Shown: piece by piece, positions 16,219 through 28,449 of the stretch | How positions within the stretch are numbered: position 1 is the first letter of the stretch | Layout: each line of letters opens with the position of its first letter | Assembly (NCBI GenBank): GCA_029027985.1 | Contig: CP119076.1 | Location: forward strand, 2,260,422-2,292,421 | Origin: Klebsiella aerogenes | GTDB lineage: Bacteria > Pseudomonadota > Gammaproteobacteria > Enterobacterales > Enterobacteriaceae | Length of the DNA: 32,000 bases | Reading direction: 5' to 3' | Position numbers and translations under genes: made by a program | Notes under the pieces: generated by a model | Database searches by the model: none | What the model was told of the DNA's origin: nothing | Seen by the model: the letters and a program-made list of their open reading frames with translations, nothing else

Positions 16219-17520
16219 CTAAGCAGAAGTCAATACGGGAAGCTGGTGGTAGATAGGCCAGCTGAAGCTGAATGCCGCGCCGCCGAGTGGGCTTTCGTCG
16301 CAGCGAACGTCGCCCGCCATCGCCTGGGCGATGCTGTGTACGATGGCCAGTCCCAGGCCACAACCGCCGGTTGCGCGGTCGCGGCTGGGATCGAGGCGAA
16401 CAAATGGCTCAAACACCCGCTCGCGTTCCTCTGCGGCAATCCCCGGGCCATCATCCTCAACCCGTAGCGTTGCCCGCGAACCTTCCAGCGTCAGGCTGAT
16501 CTGAATATGCTGATTACTGTAGCGCAGCGCGTTATTGACCAGGTTGTCCAGCACCCGCTCCATTAAGCGCATATCCAGCGCGCCGTAGCCGCCAGCGGTC
16601 AGCTGCCGCAACGTGACGTCGCGCTGCGGATTGACCAACTGAATATCCTCGACGTGAGCGCCGATCCATGCCGGGAAATCTGGTGTGGTGAGATTCAATT
16701 CGTTTTGCGGGCGGTCAAGGCGCGCATAGGTCAGCAACTCTTCAATCAATGCTTCTAACTGCCCGATATCGCGATTGAGGGCCTGCGACTCGGCCTCGGT
16801 CAGGTTTTCGCTCATCTCCAGGCGGTAACGCAGACGCACCAGCGGCGTGCGCAACTCATGGGCGATACCGTCGATAAGCTGTTTTTTACTGGCAATTAGC
16901 GCGTTGATGTTATCGGCCATCTGGTTAAAGGCCACGCCGAGTCGTTCAAAACTCGACATGCTATCGAAATGGATTCGTTCGCTAAAATGACCGTCGCCGA
17001 AGCGTTGGGCGGCGGTTTCGATGCGCAGCATATCCTGCCAGTGCGGACGCATCCAGATAAAGACCGGGAAGGCCAACGAGATGGCGATAAATGCCATCAA
17101 TGCGACATCCAGCAGGCGCATCTCATGCAGGAAGTAGAGATAGGGGACCGGGCCTACCGACAGCACGTAATGGCTGCGCGGGATGCGTTGAATAAAGGTG
17201 TACTGATCGTCCAGTGCCACAATATCGCCCGCGCGCAGGTGCTGCATTGAGCTTTCCGACAGTTTGAATTTACTCAATGGCTCAATGTGCAAATCGAAGG
17301 AGAGGTTGAGATCCAGCTCTTTCAGCGTTTGACTCCAGTCGCGCGGCGGGATCTCCCGCAATTCGCTACGCATCAGATACAGCGAGCTTTTCATCAGGTC
17401 ATCCAGCGACTGGCGTCCGGCGCGCTCGGCGGTAAATTTATAGACCAGGCCGACCAGCATGGTCATCACCAGAAAACACACGAACAGCAAAAGGTAAAAC
17501 TGCACGAACAGTTTTTTCAT
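16219..17520 (-). CDS. rstB: Sensor histidine kinase RstB
   Basis: 433 aa, the same length as E. coli RstB. It has two N-terminal TM segments, an H-box (GIAHELRTPL) and N/G boxes (DNLVNNALRY, GGCGLGLAIV). It is immediately downstream of rstA. Confidence 0.95.
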   Translation of the reverse strand: MKKLFVQFYLLLFVCFLVMTMLVGLVYKFTAERAGRQSLDDLMKSSLYLMRSELREIPPRDWSQTLKELDLNLSFDLHIEPLSKFKLSESSMQHLRAGDIVALDDQYTFIQRIPRSHYVLSVGPVPYLYFLHEMRLLDVALMAFIAISLAFPVFIWMRPHWQDMLRIETAAQRFGDGHFSERIHFDSMSSFERLGVAFNQMADNINALIASKKQLIDGIAHELRTPLVRLRYRLEMSENLTEAESQALNRDIGQLEALIEELLTYARLDRPQNELNLTTPDFPAWIGAHVEDIQLVNPQRDVTLRQLTAGGYGALDMRLMERVLDNLVNNALRYSNQHIQISLTLEGSRATLRVEDDGPGIAAEERERVFEPFVRLDPSRDRATGGCGLGLAIVHSIAQAMAGDVRCDESPLGGAAFSFSWPIYHQLPVLTSA

Positions 17521-17535
17521 AGCCAGACCCGTTAA

Positions 17536-18252
17536 TTAATTATCCCAGGCGTGCGGAGCGAACAGATAACCTTTGTTGCGGACCGTCTTGATACGGTAGG
17601 GCTCTGTGGCGTTGTCGAGCAGTTTTTTACGCAGACGCGAAATGGCGACGTCAACGCTGCGATCCAGCCCGTCGTAGCTCACGCCGCGCAGATTCTTTAA
17701 CAGCGCATCGCGATCCATAATCTGCCCGGCGTGGGTCGCCAGTTCCCACAACAGGTCGAAATCGGCGGTGGACAGGGCGACGCTGTCGCCGCTGAGCAGC
17801 ACCTGGCGGTTGACCGGGTCTATCGACAGCGAACCGAAGATAATCGTTTTATGCGGCGTCAGGGCAGACGGCGCAGGGGTCGCCGGTGAAGCGATGTGTT
17901 GGCGTAGATGCAGACGCAGACGGGCCAGCAGTACTGCCGGCGGCGTCGTCTTCAAAATATAATCACTGGCGCCCATCTCCAGCGACAGAATATGATTCAT
18001 ATCGCTATCGAGCGACGTAAGCAGAACGATCGGTCCCTGCCACTGGCCACGCAGGTCGCGGCACAGCGTCATCCCGTCTTTGCCGGGCAGCATGATGTCC
18101 AACAGCACCAAATCAGGCTGTTCACGCGCGATGACCTCTTCGGCCCGGTCCCCACGCGGCTCGACAACCACGTCCATATCATGCTTTCCCAGATAGGCAG
18201 CGATCAGGGCGCCGACCTCGGGATCATCCTCAACAAAAACGATCTTATTCAT
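17536..18252 (-). CDS. rstA: OmpR-family response regulator RstA
   Basis: MN.IVFVEDD.EVG.LIAAYL.KHDM.V.VEPRGD, with a receiver domain (DLVLLDIMLPGKDG) and a winged-helix C-terminus (RIKTVRNKGYLFAPHAW). Confidence 0.95.
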   Translation of the reverse strand: MNKIVFVEDDPEVGALIAAYLGKHDMDVVVEPRGDRAEEVIAREQPDLVLLDIMLPGKDGMTLCRDLRGQWQGPIVLLTSLDSDMNHILSLEMGASDYILKTTPPAVLLARLRLHLRQHIASPATPAPSALTPHKTIIFGSLSIDPVNRQVLLSGDSVALSTADFDLLWELATHAGQIMDRDALLKNLRGVSYDGLDRSVDVAISRLRKKLLDNATEPYRIKTVRNKGYLFAPHAWDN

Positions 18253-18377
18253 ATCTTACGCATATAGATAAAAAAGCTAACATACACCGCCAGCAAATTG
18301 CCTGCCATTAATCTTTCATAAACAATTGTTCTTCCGTTATGCTGGTCATAATTGTTGTTTAAATGTTAAGGCAAAAA

Positions 18378-18713
18378 ATGGGGCTGTTGATTAAAGCGCT
18401 GCTGGGGGCGCTGGTGGTGGTGCTGATTGGCGTACTGTCAAAAACCAAAAATTATTATATTGCTGGCTTAATTCCGTTGTTTCCGACGTTTGCGCTGATC
18501 GCCCACTATATTGTCGCCAGCGAGCGGGGTATTGAAGCGTTGCGTACCACCATCGTATTCGGTATGTGGTCGATCATCCCATATTTCATTTATTTGTTGT
18601 CACTATGGTATTTCACCGGGGTGATGCGCCTGCCATACGCGCTGGCAGGCGCGGTGATCTGCTGGAGCCTGTGCGCCTGGCTGCTGATCCTCGGCTGGAG
18701 CCGTTTTCACTAA
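18378..18713 (+). CDS. ydgC: GlpM-family inner membrane protein YdgC
   Basis: A 111-aa hydrophobic protein (MGLLIKALLGALVVVLIGVLSKTKNYYIAGLIPLFPTFALIAHY...). The start is set at ATG 18378 with AAGG at 18368-18371. Its position between rstA and folM is as in E. coli. Confidence 0.85.
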   Translation: MGLLIKALLGALVVVLIGVLSKTKNYYIAGLIPLFPTFALIAHYIVASERGIEALRTTIVFGMWSIIPYFIYLLSLWYFTGVMRLPYALAGAVICWSLCAWLLILGWSRFH

Positions 18714-19432
18714 CGCAGTGGGCGACCGCCATCGACGGAGAACGAGCGGCCGGTCACGTAGCAACTGGTGAGCAGGTAGTCGACGAGGTCGATAATCTCT
18801 TTTTCACCCGGCGCGATTTTCATCAGCGACTTATCCAGCGCCTGTTTGCGATATTCCGCGTCATCACTGTCGTTAAACATAATCAGCGACGGCGCAATGG
18901 CGTTGACCTTGACCTCCGGGGCCAGTTTGCGGGCGAATGAACGCGTCATGTTATCGAGCGCCGCTTTACTGGCGGCATAGGCGATATGCTTATCGCTACC
19001 GCGTTCCACCACGTAATCCGTGATGTGAATAATATCGCTTGCCGCATGGCCGAAACCACGCAGTAGGCCTTCCAGCGCGTGGTTGAGCAAATAAGGGGCG
19101 TGGACGTGGATCTGCATCATCCGCGAGATCACCGCCGATAGCGACACGCCCGGCTTTTCCGCCATCCAGTCGCTGGCGTTGTGAATAATCGCGCGCAGAC
19201 CCGTAGTGTGGGCGTTAACGGCTTCCGCAAAGCTCAGGATACCGTCGTCGCTACTGAAATCGGCCTGCAGGCAGACTGCGCCTGCCTCACGCAGGACGTC
19301 GATCGAAGGGTAATGGTGGCGATAGCTGACGATCACCGGCTGCTGCTGGTTCAAAAAATGATGCGCCAGGGCGAGACCGATACGACGGCCTCCACCTGTG
19401 ATCAGAACCGGGCGAGGCTGTGGTTCAGCCAT
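18710..19432 (-). CDS. folM: Dihydromonapterin/dihydrofolate reductase FolM (SDR family)
   Basis: 240 aa with the SDR glycine motif (ITGGGRRIG) and a YxxxK active site (YAASKAAL). It is collinear with E. coli FolM. Confidence 0.9.
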   Translation of the reverse strand: MAEPQPRPVLITGGGRRIGLALAHHFLNQQQPVIVSYRHHYPSIDVLREAGAVCLQADFSSDDGILSFAEAVNAHTTGLRAIIHNASDWMAEKPGVSLSAVISRMMQIHVHAPYLLNHALEGLLRGFGHAASDIIHITDYVVERGSDKHIAYAASKAALDNMTRSFARKLAPEVKVNAIAPSLIMFNDSDDAEYRKQALDKSLMKIAPGEKEIIDLVDYLLTSCYVTGRSFSVDGGRPLR

Positions 19433-19469
19433 GGGTATCTCCTTTCAAGTTCAGCGGTGGGGCAACCGC

Positions 19470-20852
19470 TTACCCCACCAGCATCCACGTTGCCGGAACG
19501 GCGGCAACCAGCAAAAAACCAATTAATGCCACTTCACGGCGTTTGAGCATGCGATCGTGCTGGTGAGTACGGCGGGCGTACAGGAAAACCAGAAGACCCG
19601 GAGCGTAAAGTACCACCGACAATAGCAAATGCACAGGACCGGACGCGTACAATAACCATAAGCCATAAACGCACGCGCCGACACCCACGGCTTTGTGCAA
19701 AGGACGTACTGCGATCTTAAGCAGGAAAGCGCCGACGAGGAAATAGGGTACCAGAATCATTTCTGAGGCGATGGTCAGCAGGGTGCCGTAATCGGAGCCG
19801 GTCAGCCAAATCAGCACCAGACAGATTTGCACGCTGATGTTGGTCAGCCACAACGAGGAAGATGGCGCATTGTTCTTGTTCGTTTTCGCGAACAGCCGCG
19901 GGAACGCTTTATGCGTTGCGGCCAGATACGGCACTTCCGCGGCCATAATTGTCCAGCTCAGATAGGCGCCGCACACGGAGATAATCAACCCTGCGGCAAT
20001 CACCACCTCGCCCCAGGAGCCCATCATTTTGACCATCAGTCCCGCCATCGATGGATTGCGCATTTCCGCCAGTTCCGGACGGGCGACGACGCCCAGCGAC
20101 AGCAGAGTGACCAACAGATACACCGCCAGCGCTGAAACGACCGCCAGAAGCGTCGCGCGGCCGACATCACGCTTGTGGCGCGCACGGGCTGAAACCACCA
20201 CCGCGCCTTCAACCCCGATAAACACCCACAGCGTAATCAGCATGGTGTTTTTAACCTGCTCCCACACCGGTACGCCCAGCGCGATACCGCTGAAATCGAG
20301 ACGGAAAGTATCGAGACGAAACGCGAGCGCGGCCAGTGCGACAAATGCCCCCAGCGGTAGCAGCTTGGCCAGCGTGGCAACCAGGTTAATGCCCGCAGCG
20401 GTCTGTACGCCGCGCAGGACGAGAAAATGAACCACCCACAGCAGGACCGATGCGCCGACGATCGACTGCCAGGTGTTGCCGTCGCCGAAAATGCGCGCCT
20501 CCGGCGTATCGGTGAAAAAGCTTAACGCGGAAAAGACGATAACCAGGTAGGAGACGTTGGCAATCACCGCGCACAGCCAGTAACCCCAGGCAGAGCAAAA
20601 ACCGATGAGTTCGCCGAAACCTTCGCGGGCATAGGTAAAGATACCGCCGTCCAGTTCCGGGCGGATACGGGTCAGCAACAGCATGGCAAAGGCGAGGAAT
20701 AAGATTCCGACGCCGGTGATAGCCCAGCCGATAAGCAGCGCAGACGGGCTGGCGACGGCAGCCATGTTTTGCGGCAAACTGAAAACGCCCGCGCCCAGCA
20801 TTGAGCTGAGTACCAGTGCGGTCAAGGCGCTAAGGCCCAGTTTTTTTTCCAT
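19470..20852 (-). CDS. ydgI: APC-family basic amino acid antiporter YdgI (ArcD-like arginine:ornithine antiporter)
   Basis: Collinear with E. coli YdgI from MEKKLGLSALTALVLSSMLGAGVFSLPQNMA. It has about 12-13 TM segments. The start is set at ATG 20852. Confidence 0.9.
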   Translation of the reverse strand: MEKKLGLSALTALVLSSMLGAGVFSLPQNMAAVASPSALLIGWAITGVGILFLAFAMLLLTRIRPELDGGIFTYAREGFGELIGFCSAWGYWLCAVIANVSYLVIVFSALSFFTDTPEARIFGDGNTWQSIVGASVLLWVVHFLVLRGVQTAAGINLVATLAKLLPLGAFVALAALAFRLDTFRLDFSGIALGVPVWEQVKNTMLITLWVFIGVEGAVVVSARARHKRDVGRATLLAVVSALAVYLLVTLLSLGVVARPELAEMRNPSMAGLMVKMMGSWGEVVIAAGLIISVCGAYLSWTIMAAEVPYLAATHKAFPRLFAKTNKNNAPSSSLWLTNISVQICLVLIWLTGSDYGTLLTIASEMILVPYFLVGAFLLKIAVRPLHKAVGVGACVYGLWLLYASGPVHLLLSVVLYAPGLLVFLYARRTHQHDRMLKRREVALIGFLLVAAVPATWMLVG

Positions 20853-20986
20853 GGTATTTCCGAGGTAACAGCAGTGAATCAAGAATATTTATTTCACGAA
20901 ATCGCATAAAAATGGAGGATTACGCTAAGGCGCGGGATTTTACGGAGTGTCTTGTGCGCATGCAATGGCGGCGGGCGAAAAAATGC

Positions 20987-21013
20987 AAAAAGGCGACATC
21001 ATGTCGCCTTTTT
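20987..21013 (-). terminator. ydgH intrinsic terminator (symmetric, potentially bidirectional)
   Basis: AAAAA-GGCGAC-atcat-GTCGCC-TTTTT, 17 bp after the ydgH stop. Confidence 0.75.
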
Positions 21014-21029
21014 AAGCAGTCAGATCCGA

Positions 21030-21980
21030 TTACTTATACAGATCGGCGCTGATGGTGATGTTACCGCCACGTTCCTGCCACTGGCGGGTAATGTGGTAGT
21101 ACTTCGCCCCTTTCTTAGCCGCGCGTTTCGCTGTCTGGTAAGAAATTTCAGTCATGTTGCCGTAGTTACCGGTGAACTTGATACTATCAAACGGCACCAT
21201 CTGCGCCGCGGTGATTTTATTCACCTCTTCAACTTTGGTACCGTCCGGCAGTGTGACGGTGTAACGCCCGCCTTTGGATGACTGTGTTTCATAGAACAGG
21301 CCTACGCCGGTACCGGAACCGACGGAGGCAGAAGACGCCACGCCCGGAATTTCGACGTTTTTAGCCGCTTCGCCGCCTTTGGCCAGCGCGGCGCGACCCG
21401 CTTCGGAATCGGCCGGGATCGCATCCGGGCTCTGCAGAACGCGTTTCTGCGCGTCTTTTTTGTAGATGTAAGCGGTAATACGCTGGTTGCCGCCCTGGTT
21501 AGCATCAACCTGACGGACGATGAAGAAGGCGTAGGCGTCTTTTGCTTTTGCCGCTTTGGCGATGGCGTCGTTGACTTCCGGTTGGCTGCGATAGAAGCCT
21601 TGCACGGTCACGGTGTCATACGGCATCAGGGCGACGGCCTGATCTTTCGGCAATTCCATGACACCGTTGATGATGCGGTTTTTTGGTGTGTCGGCCTGCG
21701 GGGCATTTTCTTTATAAAAATCCGCAGTCACGCGCCAGTTGCCGCCGTTGCCGAAATCTGAAGTGTCGACAACATAGAAGGAAGCTGCGCCATCTTTATC
21801 CGCTTTGCGGGAGACGGCCTGTACGGCGTCGCCAATTGCATTAAAACGGCCAGTGACGACAACGCGGTCATAGGGCTTCAGCGCTGCCGCTTGCTCCGGA
21901 GTCAGCTCGGTCGCTGCATGGGCAGACAACGCGGTGGTAGCCAGAAGAGCAGACGCCAGGAGTGTGTTCTTAAGCTTCAT
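21030..21980 (-). CDS. ydgH: Periplasmic YdgH (three tandem DUF1471/YdgH-BhsA-McbA domains)
   Basis: MKLKNTLLASALL.. signal peptide. Three internal repeats are visible, each ending in ..W.V.AD.YK / ..ITAYIYK / ..ITISADLYK. It is collinear with E. coli YdgH. The start is set at ATG 21980. Confidence 0.9.
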   Translation of the reverse strand: MKLKNTLLASALLATTALSAHAATELTPEQAAALKPYDRVVVTGRFNAIGDAVQAVSRKADKDGAASFYVVDTSDFGNGGNWRVTADFYKENAPQADTPKNRIINGVMELPKDQAVALMPYDTVTVQGFYRSQPEVNDAIAKAAKAKDAYAFFIVRQVDANQGGNQRITAYIYKKDAQKRVLQSPDAIPADSEAGRAALAKGGEAAKNVEIPGVASSASVGSGTGVGLFYETQSSKGGRYTVTLPDGTKVEEVNKITAAQMVPFDSIKFTGNYGNMTEISYQTAKRAAKKGAKYYHITRQWQERGGNITISADLYK

Positions 21981-22384
21981 AAAAATAATCCTTTGCCTTG
22001 CGCAAACCATGTACTGGTATTGTTGTTGACTGAAAACAGGTGATTATTGCATTTAAACAACACAACTGTCTGCGTCATTTTTCACTTCCCGCCCGAATCG
22101 TTCGTTACAAAAATATAACAAACACTGATATGTTGAAAAAACAGCCGTTTGAACAGCAAAATCGATAATCAATATCACTTTTATAAGTTAACGTAATGTT
22201 AACGCAATGATGCCGGCGGTAATAAATGGCGAATTACTCCGTCAGGTAAGCGAATTATCAGGTTCTGGCATAAAATTAAGGTAAATATTGCTGCCTGATG
22301 CCGGTGAGACTGATTTTTCTCAATAAAATCAAAAATTCTGTTTTAACGATGTAGATCACAATCGGTATTTTCAGTAGGTTATAA

Positions 22385-24028
<1,644 letters not shown>

Positions 24029-24035
24029 GGGGTAA

Positions 24036-25427
<1,392 letters not shown>

Positions 25428-25442
25428 TAGCGTAATGCGCTA

Positions 25443-25470
25443 AGCCGTCTCTGTTGAGACGGCTTTTTTA
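25443..25470 (+). terminator. pntAB intrinsic terminator
   Basis: AGCCGTCTC-tgtt-GAGACGGCT followed by TTTTTT, 16 bp after the pntB stop. Confidence 0.85.
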
Positions 25471-25557
25471 TATGCAAAGCAAAACACTGATTCGCTCATA
25501 AAGTGAACGCCAGGAGATGGTATACTGTGCCTGTTTTTTCACCACACTGAGGATATT

Positions 25558-25746
25558 ATGGATACCGAGTTAACTCCAACGCAGATGGCTATCGAATACC
25601 TGCGCCGCGACACTTCCGCTATGACCCCTGCGCAGTATCTGAAGAAGCTCAAACTTCTGGAACTTGAGTTTGCCGATTTGATGTCACTTTCATCCCTTGA
25701 GCTGAGAGAAGAGATCGATCTTGCCTGGCGTTTAGGTATCCATTAA
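25558..25746 (+). CDS. Small conserved-looking protein, 62 aa, function unknown
   Basis: It has its own expression signals: an extended -10 TGgTATACT (25518-25526), SD GAGGA 5 nt before the ATG, and its own terminator. The sequence is predicted helical and acidic/basic mixed, with no TM segment. It may belong to the enterobacterial 62-aa YdiH family, but that rests on an unverified recollection. Confidence 0.6.
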   Translation: MDTELTPTQMAIEYLRRDTSAMTPAQYLKKLKLLELEFADLMSLSSLELREEIDLAWRLGIH

Positions 25747-25784
25747 CACGCTGTTCGTATTCAATCACATTGCGTTGATATCCC

Positions 25785-25808
25785 AGGGCCGACAGGCCCT
25801 TTATTTTT
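25785..25808 (+). terminator. Terminator of the 62-aa gene
   Basis: AGGGCC-gaca-GGCCCT followed by TTATTTTT. Confidence 0.6.
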
Positions 25809-25828
25809 GCCTGCGTACGTACAACCAG

Positions 25829-25857
25829 CAAAAAAATCCCCCGACAGGCGGGGGATT
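25829..25857 (-). terminator. uspE intrinsic terminator
   Basis: On the minus strand: AATCCCCCG-cctgt-CGGGGGATT followed by a T run (plus-strand A run 25829-25836), 28 bp after the uspE stop. Confidence 0.8.
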
Positions 25858-25884
25858 CAGAGCGTGGCTGAGGCAGGAAACGTC

Positions 25885-26835
25885 TTAGTCGTCTTCGTCG
25901 TCGTCCAGTTCTACCGGGGTTTGATAGGCTTCCGGTTTCAGTACCAGTAAATCGCAGCGCAGGTGATCGATAACCTGTTCCGCGGTGTTGCCCAGGAACG
26001 CGGCAGAGATACCGGTACGCCCAACAGTGCCCAACACCACGATCCCGGCCTGTAGATGCTCGGCTAAATCAGGGATCACCTCTTCCGGCAACCCTTTCTC
26101 GACGTGAGTGAGGCTTTCATCGATACCGAACTTCTGGCGCAACGCTTTCATCGCCAGCAGGTGCTGGCCGCGAATCGCGTCGTTATAGATGCTCGGGTCG
26201 AAATCAGGCAGTTCAATGGCGATGTTGATCGGCGTAATCGGATAGGCGCCGACCAGATGCACTTCGGTATGGTTAACCTGTTCGGCGAGGGCGATGGTCT
26301 CCCGCACCAGTTTTTCATTGAGGGTGTTGTGATAGTTTTCTTCGCTGGCCAGATTAACCGCGACTAACGCTTTACCGCCTTCCGGCCATGGCTGATCTTT
26401 AACCATCCATACCGGACATGGGCATTTACGTAACAGGTGCCAGTCGGTTGGGGTGAAGATCACCGCTTCCAGCTTGTCGTGCTGGTGGGCCATCTTCAGT
26501 AGCAGGTCATGCTTGTCGCTGATGATCTCCTGAATAATGGCTTCAAAGGGGCGGTTGTGCCACACCACTTTGATATCAATCGGAACTCCGGATTCAATAT
26601 AAAACTTCGCCTGTTCACGGATCCAGGCGCTGCGTTGGCTAATGACGCCCTGGCGCATCGCAGTTCGTTCATCGGGCGACAGCAGGGTGGTCATTTCGTA
26701 GGAAAAATCATAGATCGGCAAAAAGGCTTTGATGCGTCCACCAATCCGTTGGTGCAGATACACCGCGCGCCGTAATGCGGGCTGGTCGTCCTGGTTAGGG
26801 TCGATTACTACCAGCATGTTCTGATACTTCGCCAT
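25885..26835 (-). CDS. uspE: Tandem-domain universal stress protein UspE
   Basis: 316 aa, collinear with E. coli UspE ([41 protein letters not shown]...ELDD.EDD). Confidence 0.95.
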   Translation of the reverse strand: MAKYQNMLVVIDPNQDDQPALRRAVYLHQRIGGRIKAFLPIYDFSYEMTTLLSPDERTAMRQGVISQRSAWIREQAKFYIESGVPIDIKVVWHNRPFEAIIQEIISDKHDLLLKMAHQHDKLEAVIFTPTDWHLLRKCPCPVWMVKDQPWPEGGKALVAVNLASEENYHNTLNEKLVRETIALAEQVNHTEVHLVGAYPITPINIAIELPDFDPSIYNDAIRGQHLLAMKALRQKFGIDESLTHVEKGLPEEVIPDLAEHLQAGIVVLGTVGRTGISAAFLGNTAEQVIDHLRCDLLVLKPEAYQTPVELDDDEDD

Positions 26836-26986
26836 ACAGGGTCTCCTTACAACTGTAGCTACAGTCAGTTATTAAAAAGATAACCCATATGGATGAATTG
26901 AAACAGGGGATGACCCCGGCCAGATCAACAAATTAGAAAAAATTTGTCGACCCGGCGCAGGATAACAGGAGCCAGGAGGGGGATAT

Positions 26987-27739
26987 TTAGGCGACGTTAC
27001 GCGCCTGGCCCGCCAACTGAGCCAGCAGGTCGCTGTTTTCGATGGTGATATACTTGCCTTTCACTGCCAGCATACCGCTTTTCTGGAAGCGGCCGAGTAG
27101 GCGGCTGATGGTTTCCACCGTCAGGCCAAGATAGTTGCCGATATCGCCGCGGGTCATCGTCAGACGGAACTCACGCGGGGAGAAGCCGCGCTGCGCAAAG
27201 CGGCGGGACAGATTATAAATAAAGGCCGCCAGGCGCTCTTCTGCGTTCTTTTTGGAAAGCAGCAGGATCATGTCCTGATCGCCTTTGATCTCGCCGCTCA
27301 TCAGGCGCATCATCTGCTGGCGCAGATTCGGCATTTTACCGGAAAGGTCGTCGAGCGTTTCAAAAGGAATTTCGCAGACCATCGACGTTTCCAGCGCTTG
27401 CGCGAAGCTCGGGTGCAAAGCGGTGCCGATGGCGTCGAAACCGACCAAATCACCCGCCAGGTGGAAGCCGGTAATCTGCTCATCGCCTTGCTCGGTAATG
27501 GTGTAGCTTTTGATGGTGCCTGAACGGATAGCATACAGCGACTTCAGTTCATCACCGGCTTTGAACAGGGTTTGCCCTTTCTGAATAGGCTTTTTGCGCT
27601 CGATAATATTATCCAGCTGATCAAGTTCATGTTCGTTCAAAGTAAAGGGGATGCAGAGCTGGCTAATGCTGCAATCCTGACAGTGGATTGCACAACCACC
27701 AGACTGAATGCGTCGTATAATTCGCTTTTCCGGGATCAT
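26987..27739 (-). CDS. fnr: Oxygen-sensing global regulator FNR
   Basis: [32 protein letters not shown]... is identical to the E. coli FNR N-terminus with the [4Fe-4S] cysteines, and the HTH ETISRLL is present. The start is set at ATG 27739. Confidence 0.97.
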   Translation of the reverse strand: MIPEKRIIRRIQSGGCAIHCQDCSISQLCIPFTLNEHELDQLDNIIERKKPIQKGQTLFKAGDELKSLYAIRSGTIKSYTITEQGDEQITGFHLAGDLVGFDAIGTALHPSFAQALETSMVCEIPFETLDDLSGKMPNLRQQMMRLMSGEIKGDQDMILLLSKKNAEERLAAFIYNLSRRFAQRGFSPREFRLTMTRGDIGNYLGLTVETISRLLGRFQKSGMLAVKGKYITIENSDLLAQLAGQARNVA

Positions 27740-27758
27740 ATGTCTGCTCAAGCTTTAA

Positions 27759-27772
27759 TTGATATTGGTCAA
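27759..27772. promoter_or_regulatory. FNR box at the fnr promoter (autoregulation)
   Basis: The minus strand reads TTGACcaatATCAA, against the consensus TTGAT-N4-ATCAA. It is centred 26 bp upstream of the fnr ATG, matching the known autoregulatory site centred near the E. coli fnr TSS. Confidence 0.65.
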
Positions 27773-27933
27773 TTTTAACATCTTTTTGAGGCGCAAGTAA
27801 GCCTCGAAACCCGGAAACACGCATTATTAGGAGGGTAAATATCTTACCCTCTTTATCTTATTGATAGTAAAAATATTATTGGGATGACGGTAATTGTAAA
27901 GTTACCTGTAATTTCCCAAAAAAGCATGATCGG

Positions 27934-28449
27934 TCAAAGCAGCAAATAGCCCTCGTGGCGCAATAACCACTCTTTGCGTTGTACGCCCCCGGCATAGCCG
28001 GTCATGGTGCCGTTGCGGCCTATCACCCGATGACAGGGGACGACGATACTCACTGGATTGGAGCCATTTGCCGCACCGACCGCGCGTGCAGCGCCGGGGC
28101 GCCCCAGCGCTTCTGCTAGCTGGCCGTAGTGCATCACCTGGCCGCAGGGGATGGTGCGCAGCGCCTGCCAGACCTGGCGCTGAAACGGCGTGCCGCCGGT
28201 CGCGGTTGGCAATGTATCGATAACGGCGAGATCGCCGTCGAAGTATTCCGTCAGCTTAGCGCTTAGCCCGCCAGGATCGCGGGCATCAACGCGCTCGTAG
28301 CCTTCATGGCGATAGTGGATGTCGAGCAGTTGCTCCATACGATCGCGGTGCTGATCCCACTCCACGGCGCGCAGGTTAAACTGTTCATCGCAAATGATCC
28401 ACAGCGGTCCCAGGGGGGTGTCGATTTTGTCTTGCAGCAGCGTCAGCAT
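27934..28449 (-). CDS. ogt: O6-alkylguanine-DNA methyltransferase Ogt
   Basis: Collinear with E. coli Ogt, including the active site [10 protein letters not shown]. The start is set at ATG 28449 (AAGGA SD), giving 171 aa. Confidence 0.93.
   Translation of the reverse strand: MLTLLQDKIDTPLGPLWIICDEQFNLRAVEWDQHRDRMEQLLDIHYRHEGYERVDARDPGGLSAKLTEYFDGDLAVIDTLPTATGGTPFQRQVWQALRTIPCGQVMHYGQLAEALGRPGAARAVGAANGSNPVSIVVPCHRVIGRNGTMTGYAGGVQRKEWLLRHEGYLLL

Noticed and set aside
25649-25831. 60-aa minus-strand ORF overlapping the 62-aa gene and its terminator
   Set aside because: It runs through two terminator hairpins and has no SD. The plus-strand ORF has far better expression signals.
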